In this document: positions 56,094-64,000 of the stretch, in pieces | How the letters are laid out: each line of letters opens with the position of its first letter | How positions within the stretch are numbered: position 1 is the first letter of the stretch | Virus record (IMG/VR): IMGVR_UViG_3300036802_000003 | Location: 64,001-128,000 of that record | Origin: a virus | Taxonomy: Duplodnaviria > Caudoviricetes | DNA length: 64,000 nucleotides | Direction: 5' to 3' (one strand) | Notes under the pieces: model-generated | Told to the model about the DNA's origin: nothing | What the model saw: only the letters and a program-made list of their open reading frames with translations | Databases searched by the model: none | Translations under genes and position numbers: made by a program

Positions 56094-59000
56094 AAAAGTA
56101 CCTCCTTACCGTCACGGTAGAGAAGGTATGAGTAGTGAAGGTGATGCTTGGATGCATCCAGAAGTGTTTGATGACGATTACGAACGAAAAACGAATTCTG
56201 ACATAAGACGTTATATGGGTTCTCTGACGAAATCCAATCGTTTGGTTGTTGACATTAACAAGGCTGAAGCACCGAAAACTGGTAGGTCTTTGAATAGAGG
56301 AAAATTGGTCAAGAGAGCGGTACAAGTAAAAGGGAAAGATGGTAAGATGTTCACTCGTATGCAATGGGTAGACCCGAATGATGACCACCAAATACAATCA
56401 CACCCTCTACACCAAGAGCCTTCACTGGAGGGTACTAAGCCTACTTCTTCTAAAGACCCTAGTGAGATGTCACGAGAAGAATACGTAGACCATCACGTTC
56501 GTAAGAAAATGTCTAAAGAAGAGAAGTACGATATGCTAGAGAAACATGGTGTCGAGTGGAAGCGAAATAACCATGAAGCTATTGACCATAAGAATGCTGT
56601 AATGGCTCTTAAAAACCATCTATTAAAGAATCCTCACCTTATTGGTGCACACAACAATAAGGAAGCAAAGGATATTGAGAAGCCAATAACAGGTACAGAT
56701 GATGAGAATGAGTTTTGGAATATGTGGGATAAGGCTGACAGAGAGGGTTCATATGAGCTTATGCGTAAGCTGGGTATCATCGACAAGGATGAGCAAGACC
56801 CTAGATTCGACCCTAATGTAAAGGAAAATATGAAGCCTATTAAACATTTACTGAATGTTACTCGTTTGAAGAAGCATCTACGTGAGAATAGACATCTCAT
56901 GACTGACCCTGAGTATCTTCCTACAAAGGATACAAATGCAACTAAGGCTGCTAAAAAGCAATTAGAAGATAAGAAACAAGGTATTAAGCCATCTCCTGCA
57001 CAAGCAGGTGGTAATGATGTCCACACTATTTTAGCTAATATGCCAAGGGAACAGTTGTATAAGCTGATGAAGGATGCAGGTGTATCAGATGAAGACCCAC
57101 TTATCACAGGAGATAAGATGGCAGGGGTTAAGCACCACCTTAATATGATTAAGTTCAAGAAGCACCTAGAACAACACCCTGAAATACTAACTCACAATCC
57201 TGATGGTTCTCTTACAGAAGGTGAGAAGGAACGTATTGCTTCCCTACCTGAAGAGGCTAAAGAACGTGACCGTATTAAGAGCTTTGTGTCTGATATGTCT
57301 CAAGAGGACGTAGAGGATGCACTAGACAAATACGCTGACCATGATGCAGTTAAGAGCAGGATTAAATCTGACCATGAGGGTATTAACAGTATGCATGCAA
57401 AGGGTGCTCTAGTTAAAGTATTCTCTGAAGATAAGGAAAGAATGAAACCTTATCAAAAAGAGGTAAGTGCTGACAGACTAATGAAGATGCGTATTGGTAA
57501 TAAGGTTATGGGTAAATTCCTACGTCATGCATTTGGCTTCAAGGGTATAGGAGACCTAAAAAGACCTGAAGACGATGAGTTCCGTACTACAGAGTGGCAA
57601 TGGCATGGTAATGGTGGTAGTGGCTCTGCTATGATGGAGAAGAACGATGATGGAGATGCAGTACTAACTGTTATAGACTATGGGGAAGATGGTCAAGGGT
57701 GGAACGAATTCCAAGTCCCTCTACAGGAGGTTAAGGACTTTGTAGACGATTTGAGAAAAGGGAACGAACAAAAGAAAAAGGTTGAGCAGAAGGAAGTTCC
57801 CCTACAGAAGAAGCCAGCAGACCAGATAGAAAAAGCCCTAAACGAGAGTTTCGAAAAGAACTACACTCCAGAGGTTGGAGAGGTCATGAAGTCCCACTTT
57901 ACTAAACTGTGGAATAATGCAGACCGCTCTGGAAAGATTAGTGACATCGTGAAGAAGTCTATGAATATGACTAAGGGTACTATGAGGAACTTACTTAAAG
58001 AATGGGGTGTTCCAGTCTCCCCTACAGGAGATATTATCAAGACTAATGACCCTAACTTCAAGTCCATGGTATTCAAGGATGAGATTCAGGATAAGAAGTC
58101 TAAGAGTGCTATGGATTACCTTAAAGCAGCAGACATAGGAGTAGACCGCAAAGCTACACCTGATGCTCCCTATGACCCTTATGTACTACACGAATCAGCT
58201 AAGAACTGGACAGAAGGAGAGAAGGCACAGGCACGTAAGGAGCTATTAAAGAATGCAATTCATGTTAAGACTGGTATCACACATGAAGACCATGACAAAC
58301 GTATAGCAAAACTTACAGACCACCTTCACTCATCTACAACTCATATTCCATTTGACTTGATGAGTCACCTAATGGCAAATGGTATGAAAGTTAAGTTCTC
58401 TGATGTAGATGCTCACGGTAATGCTCATACAGGGGCTAACTATAATGGTAAGGACAATGCTATTTATCTTGACTCTCAATACTATCATGATAAGTCTGTA
58501 TTCAAAGACCACCCACATGACCACATACCAGAGAAGACAGAACATCCTACTATCAAGGGAGCTAAATACGGTCACTGGAGTATAGGCGAGAATATGGTGC
58601 ATGAATCTGCCCACGCTATTGACAGATTCCTAAGTGGTGGGGATTCCTACTTAAACTGGGATAAAGGTCAAGGTACTACTTATGCTAAAGACCATTTAAA
58701 TACTGTTCCTGAACATTATAAGAAGAAAGTTGAACAGTCTAACCCTGATAAGGAGATTAGATATAGCAAGGAAGGAAAGTATTTTTATGTTTTAGATGAG
58801 TGGATGTCCAACTATGAAGGACGTGTCTACGGGGAGTACCAAAAGCTAAATCCTGATTATGTTCACTCTGACAATGATACAGGTAAGATGTATGATAAGA
58901 AGTTCCAAGGTGTGGAAGGTATGCATGGTACTGAACACTGGGCTGAATCGGTAGCAGGTTATGGTAATGCTATTCACTCTTACCAACGTTGGAAAGATAT

Positions 59001-59325
59001 GAATCCAGGTAATAAGTCTACATCCATGGATGAGTGGGCTGAACAGATGCATAAGCAGTATTCACAAAAGGGCTTTGGTACAGCTAATGCAGAAGGTCAA
59101 AACTATAAAGCTGGTACAAGCACTAGACCAATGGAATCTTATGGATGGCAATACCACACAATGAAACAACACTATCCTGAACTATTTGGTGCAATGCAGT
59201 CCATCTTTAATAGACCCGACTTTTTAGGAAGTAAGGGACAGAGCCGAACAGAGTCAATCCAGCATGGAAACTCAGCTAAGAAATCTCTAGGCTTATTCGT
59301 TGATTTGGGAGGGAGCAAGGCATGA
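56065..59325 (+). CDS. shared-module protein with helical repeats and C-terminal zincin metallopeptidase-like domain
   Basis: LVVDINKA..LNRGKL..RMQW; MVHESAHAID; distal EHWAES. Confidence 0.85.
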   Translation: MAEQLKRTARKVPPYRHGREGMSSEGDAWMHPEVFDDDYERKTNSDIRRYMGSLTKSNRLVVDINKAEAPKTGRSLNRGKLVKRAVQVKGKDGKMFTRMQWVDPNDDHQIQSHPLHQEPSLEGTKPTSSKDPSEMSREEYVDHHVRKKMSKEEKYDMLEKHGVEWKRNNHEAIDHKNAVMALKNHLLKNPHLIGAHNNKEAKDIEKPITGTDDENEFWNMWDKADREGSYELMRKLGIIDKDEQDPRFDPNVKENMKPIKHLLNVTRLKKHLRENRHLMTDPEYLPTKDTNATKAAKKQLEDKKQGIKPSPAQAGGNDVHTILANMPREQLYKLMKDAGVSDEDPLITGDKMAGVKHHLNMIKFKKHLEQHPEILTHNPDGSLTEGEKERIASLPEEAKERDRIKSFVSDMSQEDVEDALDKYADHDAVKSRIKSDHEGINSMHAKGALVKVFSEDKERMKPYQKEVSADRLMKMRIGNKVMGKFLRHAFGFKGIGDLKRPEDDEFRTTEWQWHGNGGSGSAMMEKNDDGDAVLTVIDYGEDGQGWNEFQVPLQEVKDFVDDLRKGNEQKKKVEQKEVPLQKKPADQIEKALNESFEKNYTPEVGEVMKSHFTKLWNNADRSGKISDIVKKSMNMTKGTMRNLLKEWGVPVSPTGDIIKTNDPNFKSMVFKDEIQDKKSKSAMDYLKAADIGVDRKATPDAPYDPYVLHESAKNWTEGEKAQARKELLKNAIHVKTGITHEDHDKRIAKLTDHLHSSTTHIPFDLMSHLMANGMKVKFSDVDAHGNAHTGANYNGKDNAIYLDSQYYHDKSVFKDHPHDHIPEKTEHPTIKGAKYGHWSIGENMVHESAHAIDRFLSGGDSYLNWDKGQGTTYAKDHLNTVPEHYKKKVEQSNPDKEIRYSKEGKYFYVLDEWMSNYEGRVYGEYQKLNPDYVHSDNDTGKMYDKKFQGVEGMHGTEHWAESVAGYGNAIHSYQRWKDMNPGNKSTSMDEWAEQMHKQYSQKGFGTANAEGQNYKAGTSTRPMESYGWQYHTMKQHYPELFGAMQSIFNRPDFLGSKGQSRTESIQHGNSAKKSLGLFVDLGGSKA

Positions 59326-59699
59326 AGGTAGTTATTCACAAAGACGGAAAATTAGGTACGGTAAAATATAGTAAAGATGGTCAAGCTATGGTGAGCCACC
59401 CTGATGCTAAGGTTAGGAAGGATGTAAAGGACTACTTGGATACTGAACGAGAGTTTACTGTAGCAAACCCTAATACAGACCCTGATGTAGTTGGTTCTAG
59501 GAGGAAGCTTTATGCTTCCCCTAAAGCCAATGAAGATACAATGTCTATGGCTTTGTGTGAGATGTTCCACCATACAGGGGTGCATGTAGACTGGTCTGGC
59601 AAGTTATCTAAGGATTTCTTAGGACAGAAGGACAAGAACAGTAAGACAGATAAGCCTATTGAAAAATCAACAGTAGACGATTTCGATATTATAAACTAG
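59322..59699 (+). CDS. small protein coupled to the metallopeptidase gene (candidate partner)
   Basis: ATGA overlap; C-terminal IEKS. Confidence 0.75.
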   Translation: MKVVIHKDGKLGTVKYSKDGQAMVSHPDAKVRKDVKDYLDTEREFTVANPNTDPDVVGSRRKLYASPKANEDTMSMALCEMFHHTGVHVDWSGKLSKDFLGQKDKNSKTDKPIEKSTVDDFDIIN

Positions 59700-59709
59700 G
59701 AGGGCTAAC

Positions 59710-60252
59710 ATGAACGATGACACTTTGTTGGTAATATCGCCCAAGCTTATGGACATCCAGAAGGGTAAGAGTGACCGTAATGGATTAGTACAACAGATAC
59801 TAACATATGTACGAGATGGTAGAACAATAACTCGTAAACAGTGGGTACGTAGTGAGTTTGCAGACCACGCTAAGAAAAATGAGGAAGAAAAGAAAGACGT
59901 ACTATTACGTGAGCAAGAAAGGGAAAGACGTAAGGAAGCTAAGAAGAATGATGAACAGAATGCGAAAATGGCTACTCAAGATAAACGAGCACGTAAAAAG
60001 AAGGTAAAAGAGAAGGAAAAGATGGAAGGACATGGGGAAGGTACTAAGCATGTTATCCATGTAGGGGAATACGCTAAGAAGCTAGCAGACCAAAAGAAAA
60101 AGCGTATGCAGGAAGAGAAGGATAAGAAGCATAAGCAACAAGGCGATAAGAAGAAGGATAACAAGAAGAAGGATAAACATGGCTCCTTTGGACAGGCTAA
60201 ACAGACCAGAGAAGATAATAAAGCAAGTGACAATATGTCTCTTGGTAAGTAG
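59710..60252 (+). CDS. Lys-rich protein with a diverged shared module
   Basis: IQKG..GLVQQILTYVRDGRTITRKQW; highly basic C-half. Confidence 0.8.
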   Translation: MNDDTLLVISPKLMDIQKGKSDRNGLVQQILTYVRDGRTITRKQWVRSEFADHAKKNEEEKKDVLLREQERERRKEAKKNDEQNAKMATQDKRARKKKVKEKEKMEGHGEGTKHVIHVGEYAKKLADQKKKRMQEEKDKKHKQQGDKKKDNKKKDKHGSFGQAKQTREDNKASDNMSLGK

Positions 60253-60351
60253 CGTACACGTAAGTGTATGCTATTTTTATTGGCTTTGCGAATTTTATTC
60301 TAAGAGAATAATGTGTATACCCCTTTTAATTTATGGTAGGAGGTGCTAGTA

Positions 60352-61932
60352 ATGGGGCTTTGGAACTCACTAGGTAATTTACTAAACGTAAATATGCCGA
60401 ACTACTCTGATTCGACAGACCTAAGCAAGTCTATGAATCAGCATGAAGACATAATGAAATCTGAAAGAGCACGTGACCCTAAGTTTGTTATAGAAGATCC
60501 ACTATCAATGCTATCTCAACTAGGATTCAAGGATAAACCGTCATCATTGACATTCGATACGTTGAAGAAGATGGCAGTACGAAATTCAGTGGTTGCTTCT
60601 ATTATTACAACGAGGGTTAACCAGGTGGCTAGTTTTTCACAGCCATCTAGATTTACTAAGGATGGTGTAGGGTTTGAAATAACACTACGTGACCCTAACA
60701 AAACTCCCTCTAAAGAAGAAATGAGCATGATTCTATCCCTAGAGTCATTTATAGAGAATTGTGGTTTCACCTATGACCCTGCTAGGGACAACTTTGATAC
60801 ATTCCTTCGTAAGATAACTAGGGACTCCCTAACGTATGACCAGTTGAACTTTGAGACTGTACCTGATAGAAGAGGATTACCAGCAGAGATATATGCGGTA
60901 GATGCTTCTACAATTAGGGCAGCAGAGATGGAAGACCCTACTCCAGATACTGGGGTTACTTTTGCTGACTTTAAAGGTAACAGTACACAGAACAAGTTCG
61001 TACAGGTACTTAATGGTGCTATCATTGCAGAGTTCACAGGATTAGAATTAGCGTTTGCTGTACGTAATCCTAGAACAGACATCAATATTCAGCCATATGG
61101 TCACTCTGAGCTAGAGGTTCTTATACATCAGATAACTGCACATTTATGGGCAGAAGAGTATAACTCTAAGTACTTCTCCCAAGGAGGTACTACAAAAGGT
61201 ATCTTAAATATCAAAGGTCAGAATATAAGTAAGGAACAGTTAGACGCTTTCCGTAGACAGTGGACTGCTCAAATTGCTGGTATGACTGGTGCATGGAAGA
61301 CTCCTGTGGTATCTGTTGATGGCTTAGAATACGTTAACGTATCTCAATCTAACAGAGAGATGGAGTACGAGATGTGGATGAACTACCTTATCAACATCTG
61401 TTGTGCAGTATACCAAATTGACCCTGCTGAGATAAACTTCCCTAACCGTGGAGGTGCTGGAGGTTCTGGTGGAGGACTAGGAGAAGGTGGTATTGAAGAC
61501 CGTCTTAAAAACTCTAAGGACAAGGGATTAAGACCAATGTTAAGCTTCTTATCTAACGTAATTAATCGTTATATTGTTCGTAGATTCTCCAATAAGTTTG
61601 TATTCAACTTTGTAGGACTTGATAAGGAATCTGAGAAGTCTAGATTAGAGGTACAGGATAAACAAGTACGCTCATTTAAGACTATTAACGAGTTACGTAA
61701 GCAACGTGGTATGGAGCCTATTGAAAATGGAGATGTTATTCTAGACCCAACATTTATCAACTATGTAATGCAGAAGGAAATGGCACAAGAGGCAGAGCAA
61801 CAAGGTGACCCTAATGACCCTAATGCAGGAGCAGGAGAAGAGCCACAAGAGGAGCAAAGCCCAGAAGAGGTACAACAGGCACAAGAGGATGACCAAATAC
61901 ATCAGTCTATAGACCAGCAGTACAGTCAATGA
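60352..61932 (+). CDS. portal protein
   Basis: [36 protein letters not shown]; upstream of the protease. Confidence 0.95.
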   Translation: MGLWNSLGNLLNVNMPNYSDSTDLSKSMNQHEDIMKSERARDPKFVIEDPLSMLSQLGFKDKPSSLTFDTLKKMAVRNSVVASIITTRVNQVASFSQPSRFTKDGVGFEITLRDPNKTPSKEEMSMILSLESFIENCGFTYDPARDNFDTFLRKITRDSLTYDQLNFETVPDRRGLPAEIYAVDASTIRAAEMEDPTPDTGVTFADFKGNSTQNKFVQVLNGAIIAEFTGLELAFAVRNPRTDINIQPYGHSELEVLIHQITAHLWAEEYNSKYFSQGGTTKGILNIKGQNISKEQLDAFRRQWTAQIAGMTGAWKTPVVSVDGLEYVNVSQSNREMEYEMWMNYLINICCAVYQIDPAEINFPNRGGAGGSGGGLGEGGIEDRLKNSKDKGLRPMLSFLSNVINRYIVRRFSNKFVFNFVGLDKESEKSRLEVQDKQVRSFKTINELRKQRGMEPIENGDVILDPTFINYVMQKEMAQEAEQQGDPNDPNAGAGEEPQEEQSPEEVQQAQEDDQIHQSIDQQYSQ

Positions 61933-61993
61933 TAGTATATGTGTTATAAGGTCTATAACTGATTTTATACTTTAGATACAAGGGGGTGAAGTG

Positions 61994-62755
61994 ATGGCAG
62001 ATTTATTTAAGTTTAGCGTAAGTGCTGATGCTGATATACAGAAATCTTCAGAAGAGGGTAAGCGTATTATACGTGGTTATGCTTCTACTGAAGATGAGGA
62101 TAGACAAGGTGAGTCTATGGTTCAGAAGGGCTTAGACATTTCTGACTTCCTTAATCACGGGTACTTCAACTACGACCACGATAACAGTGTAATCATGGGT
62201 TACCCTTATCCTACATGTAGGGTGGATGACAAAGGATTATATGTTGAGGGTGAGTTGTTCAAGGGAATACCACAGGCAGATAGGCTTTGGGAGTTAGCTA
62301 TAGCTTTGAAGAAGTCTAATGCTCCTAGGAAAGTAGGATTCTCTGTCGAGGGTAAGGTTATGGAGCGTGATGGAAGTCGTATTCTAAAGGCTAAAATTTA
62401 TAATGTGGCAATTACAACCAACCCAGTCAATACCCATACATCATGGGAGGCGGTTGTTAAGTCTTTCAATGCACCTTCTCACATACATGTAGATGAGGTA
62501 GAGAAAGCCCTATCCGCAGGTTATGAAACTGACCCAGAGGATATGGAAGGTGGAGAGACGTTTCGTAAGGAAAGCCTAGACAAAGACTTAAAGAACTTGT
62601 CGTATGTGATAGATAACGACGATAAGAAGAAAATTCTTAAAGAGAAACTTGCTAAGAAGTCGTTAACTACACGAGAAACAATTGTATACTTACAGTTAAC
62701 TAAGGGCTACTCTAGAGCAGAAGCTGAAGCCTTCATTAAAAAGGCTATAAATTAA
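61994..62755 (+). CDS. prohead protease
   Basis: GYASTEDEDRQGE, NYDH, GFSVEG, VAITTNPVN. Confidence 0.95.
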   Translation: MADLFKFSVSADADIQKSSEEGKRIIRGYASTEDEDRQGESMVQKGLDISDFLNHGYFNYDHDNSVIMGYPYPTCRVDDKGLYVEGELFKGIPQADRLWELAIALKKSNAPRKVGFSVEGKVMERDGSRILKAKIYNVAITTNPVNTHTSWEAVVKSFNAPSHIHVDEVEKALSAGYETDPEDMEGGETFRKESLDKDLKNLSYVIDNDDKKKILKEKLAKKSLTTRETIVYLQLTKGYSRAEAEAFIKKAIN

Positions 62756-62768
62756 GGGGGTATATAGA

Positions 62769-63590
62769 ATGGCTAATATCAATCCGTTAGATGCAGATAT
62801 CAACAAGTCATTAGATGAATTAGAGCAGTTGGCAGAGAACGTAAAGAAGAGTACGGCAGAGACTACTGAAAAGCTATCTAAAGGTTTAGATAATGATGAG
62901 GTAGCACCTGAAGAGGTATCTGAGGATTCTCCTGAACAGGGTAACGAGGGAGAAGAAGCACCTGAAGAAGGCGCACCAGAGGGTAATGAAGCTCCAGCAG
63001 AAGACGGAGATGTAGATGCTGATACAGAAGCTGAAGAAGATGCTAACGAAGATGAGCCTGTAGAGAAGTCATTAGAAGACACTTTAAAATCTAATGATGG
63101 CGTTCGTAAGGCACTAGAAGTTAGCGAATTCTTAGATGAGTTAGTTAAAGGCTTATCTTCAGTACTTACTGGACACTCTGATGAGTTACAGAAGTCTATC
63201 GATAGCACTAACCAATCTAACCAGATCATAGCTAAGTCTATGTTAGGTATTGTTAAGTCTCACCAAACAATCGTATCTAGCCAAGAGAACCTAGCTAAGT
63301 CTATTGCTGAGTTAAGCAACCGTATGGTGAAAGTTGAAACAACTCCAACTGTACGTAAATCAGTACCATCTGCTAACACTAAAGTGTTACAAAAATCCTT
63401 TGAAGCTTCTAATGGTGAAGCACCTAAGCAAGAAGAAGGACTAAGCAAGTCGATGGCTATGTCTAAGTTGACTGATGCGATACAAAAAGGACAAGGCGAC
63501 TTGACTATTGATGTACTAGCATTAGAGTCTGGCGCTAATATTAGTGACCTATCATCTAACGCTAAATTACTATTAGGTTCTAACAATTAA
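62769..63590 (+). CDS. capsid scaffold-like protein
   Basis: Acidic, helical, between protease and MCP; many hydrophobic-x-KS sites. Confidence 0.8.
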   Translation: MANINPLDADINKSLDELEQLAENVKKSTAETTEKLSKGLDNDEVAPEEVSEDSPEQGNEGEEAPEEGAPEGNEAPAEDGDVDADTEAEEDANEDEPVEKSLEDTLKSNDGVRKALEVSEFLDELVKGLSSVLTGHSDELQKSIDSTNQSNQIIAKSMLGIVKSHQTIVSSQENLAKSIAELSNRMVKVETTPTVRKSVPSANTKVLQKSFEASNGEAPKQEEGLSKSMAMSKLTDAIQKGQGDLTIDVLALESGANISDLSSNAKLLLGSNN

Positions 63591-63607
63591 TCGGAGGTGC
63601 AAAGCAC

Positions 63608-64000
63608 ATGTTTCCTAACTTAGAAAACGGACAAGGTTTCGGTACGGCTACTCAGGCAGATGTGGATAATCTTAATAAAGCCTTATCAGCAGGTCATGAG
63701 GTCAACCCTCTTGAACTACAGGGCGGTGGAGCGTTCCGAGTTGAATCTTTAGAGAACAGCTTAAAGGTTCTAACTTATGGCGACCAACATATTAAATTCT
63801 GGAAGAAGATTCCTAAACAGACTGCATACTCTACTGTAGAGCAATACGGTCAATTACTAGACTACGGACGTAACCAAGGAGCGTTCGTTGGTGAGGGTAT
63901 GTTACCAGATACTAACGACTCTACTTACGCACGTAAGGCAGCATTCGTTAAGTTCTTAGGGACTACTCGTGAAGTTACACACCCAATGACATTAGTAAAT
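63608..64000 (+). CDS. major capsid protein (3' truncated, not in ORF track)
   Basis: GGAGG RBS; MFPNLENG...LNKALSAGH...GGGAFRVESLE...STVEQY, SPO1/Twort-like capsid pattern. Confidence 0.93.
   Translation, partial: MFPNLENGQGFGTATQADVDNLNKALSAGHEVNPLELQGGGAFRVESLENSLKVLTYGDQHIKFWKKIPKQTAYSTVEQYGQLLDYGRNQGAFVGEGMLPDTNDSTYARKAAFVKFLGTTREVTHPMTLVN

Noticed and set aside
41674-59325. Calling the shared-module proteins MuF toxins
   Set aside because: No MuF (SPP1 gp7-like) domain was recognisable; MuF is only an analogy.
261-63586. Many minus-strand ORFs opposite plus-strand genes (e.g. 15114-15581, 46492-46998, 56634-57158, 62696-63229)
   Set aside because: Ser/Leu/Phe-rich antisense shadows of real genes without RBS; only 21880-24496 has supported minus-strand genes.

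Overview
A 64-kb piece of a large lytic Bacillus-type myophage genome with Herelleviridae (SPO1/Bastille-like) architecture; there are no bacterial housekeeping operons, CRISPR arrays or IS elements. Order: (1) 1-11 kb small genes with a UvrD/PcrA helicase, a Sir2/CobB deacylase and a SLOG/DUF2493 protein; (2) 11.3-13.8 kb Ig-like/LamG module; (3) 16.3-24.7 kb convergent early region with sigmaA-type promoters sharing AACGTCC-TTGA, a repeated structured leader and paralogous small genes; (4) terminase genes at 27.4-29.5 kb; (5) small genes including a six-paralog tandem array, HNH nucleases and a SigE/SigK-like sigma factor; (6) a 2.1-kb RNA island with tRNA-Met, tRNA-Trp, tRNA-like elements and a large hairpin-rich RNA candidate; (7) DUF4127-SLH, PhoH, portal, prohead protease, scaffold and the start of the major capsid gene. 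The most striking unexplained system is five dispersed proteins sharing a ~40-aa module (hydrophobic strand-K[AG]...LNxGKLxKRxVxVKGxxGxxFxRMQW; one copy diverged) next to prohead-protease-type sites. Their cargos differ (two GNAT-like, ParB+DUF3626, an HExxH metallopeptidase, a basic protein) and the enzyme-like ones are followed by a small partner ORF or peptide, suggesting a capsid-packaged polymorphic effector set. Family names come from motif recognition by eye, not database searches; several starts were moved to RBS-supported codons.
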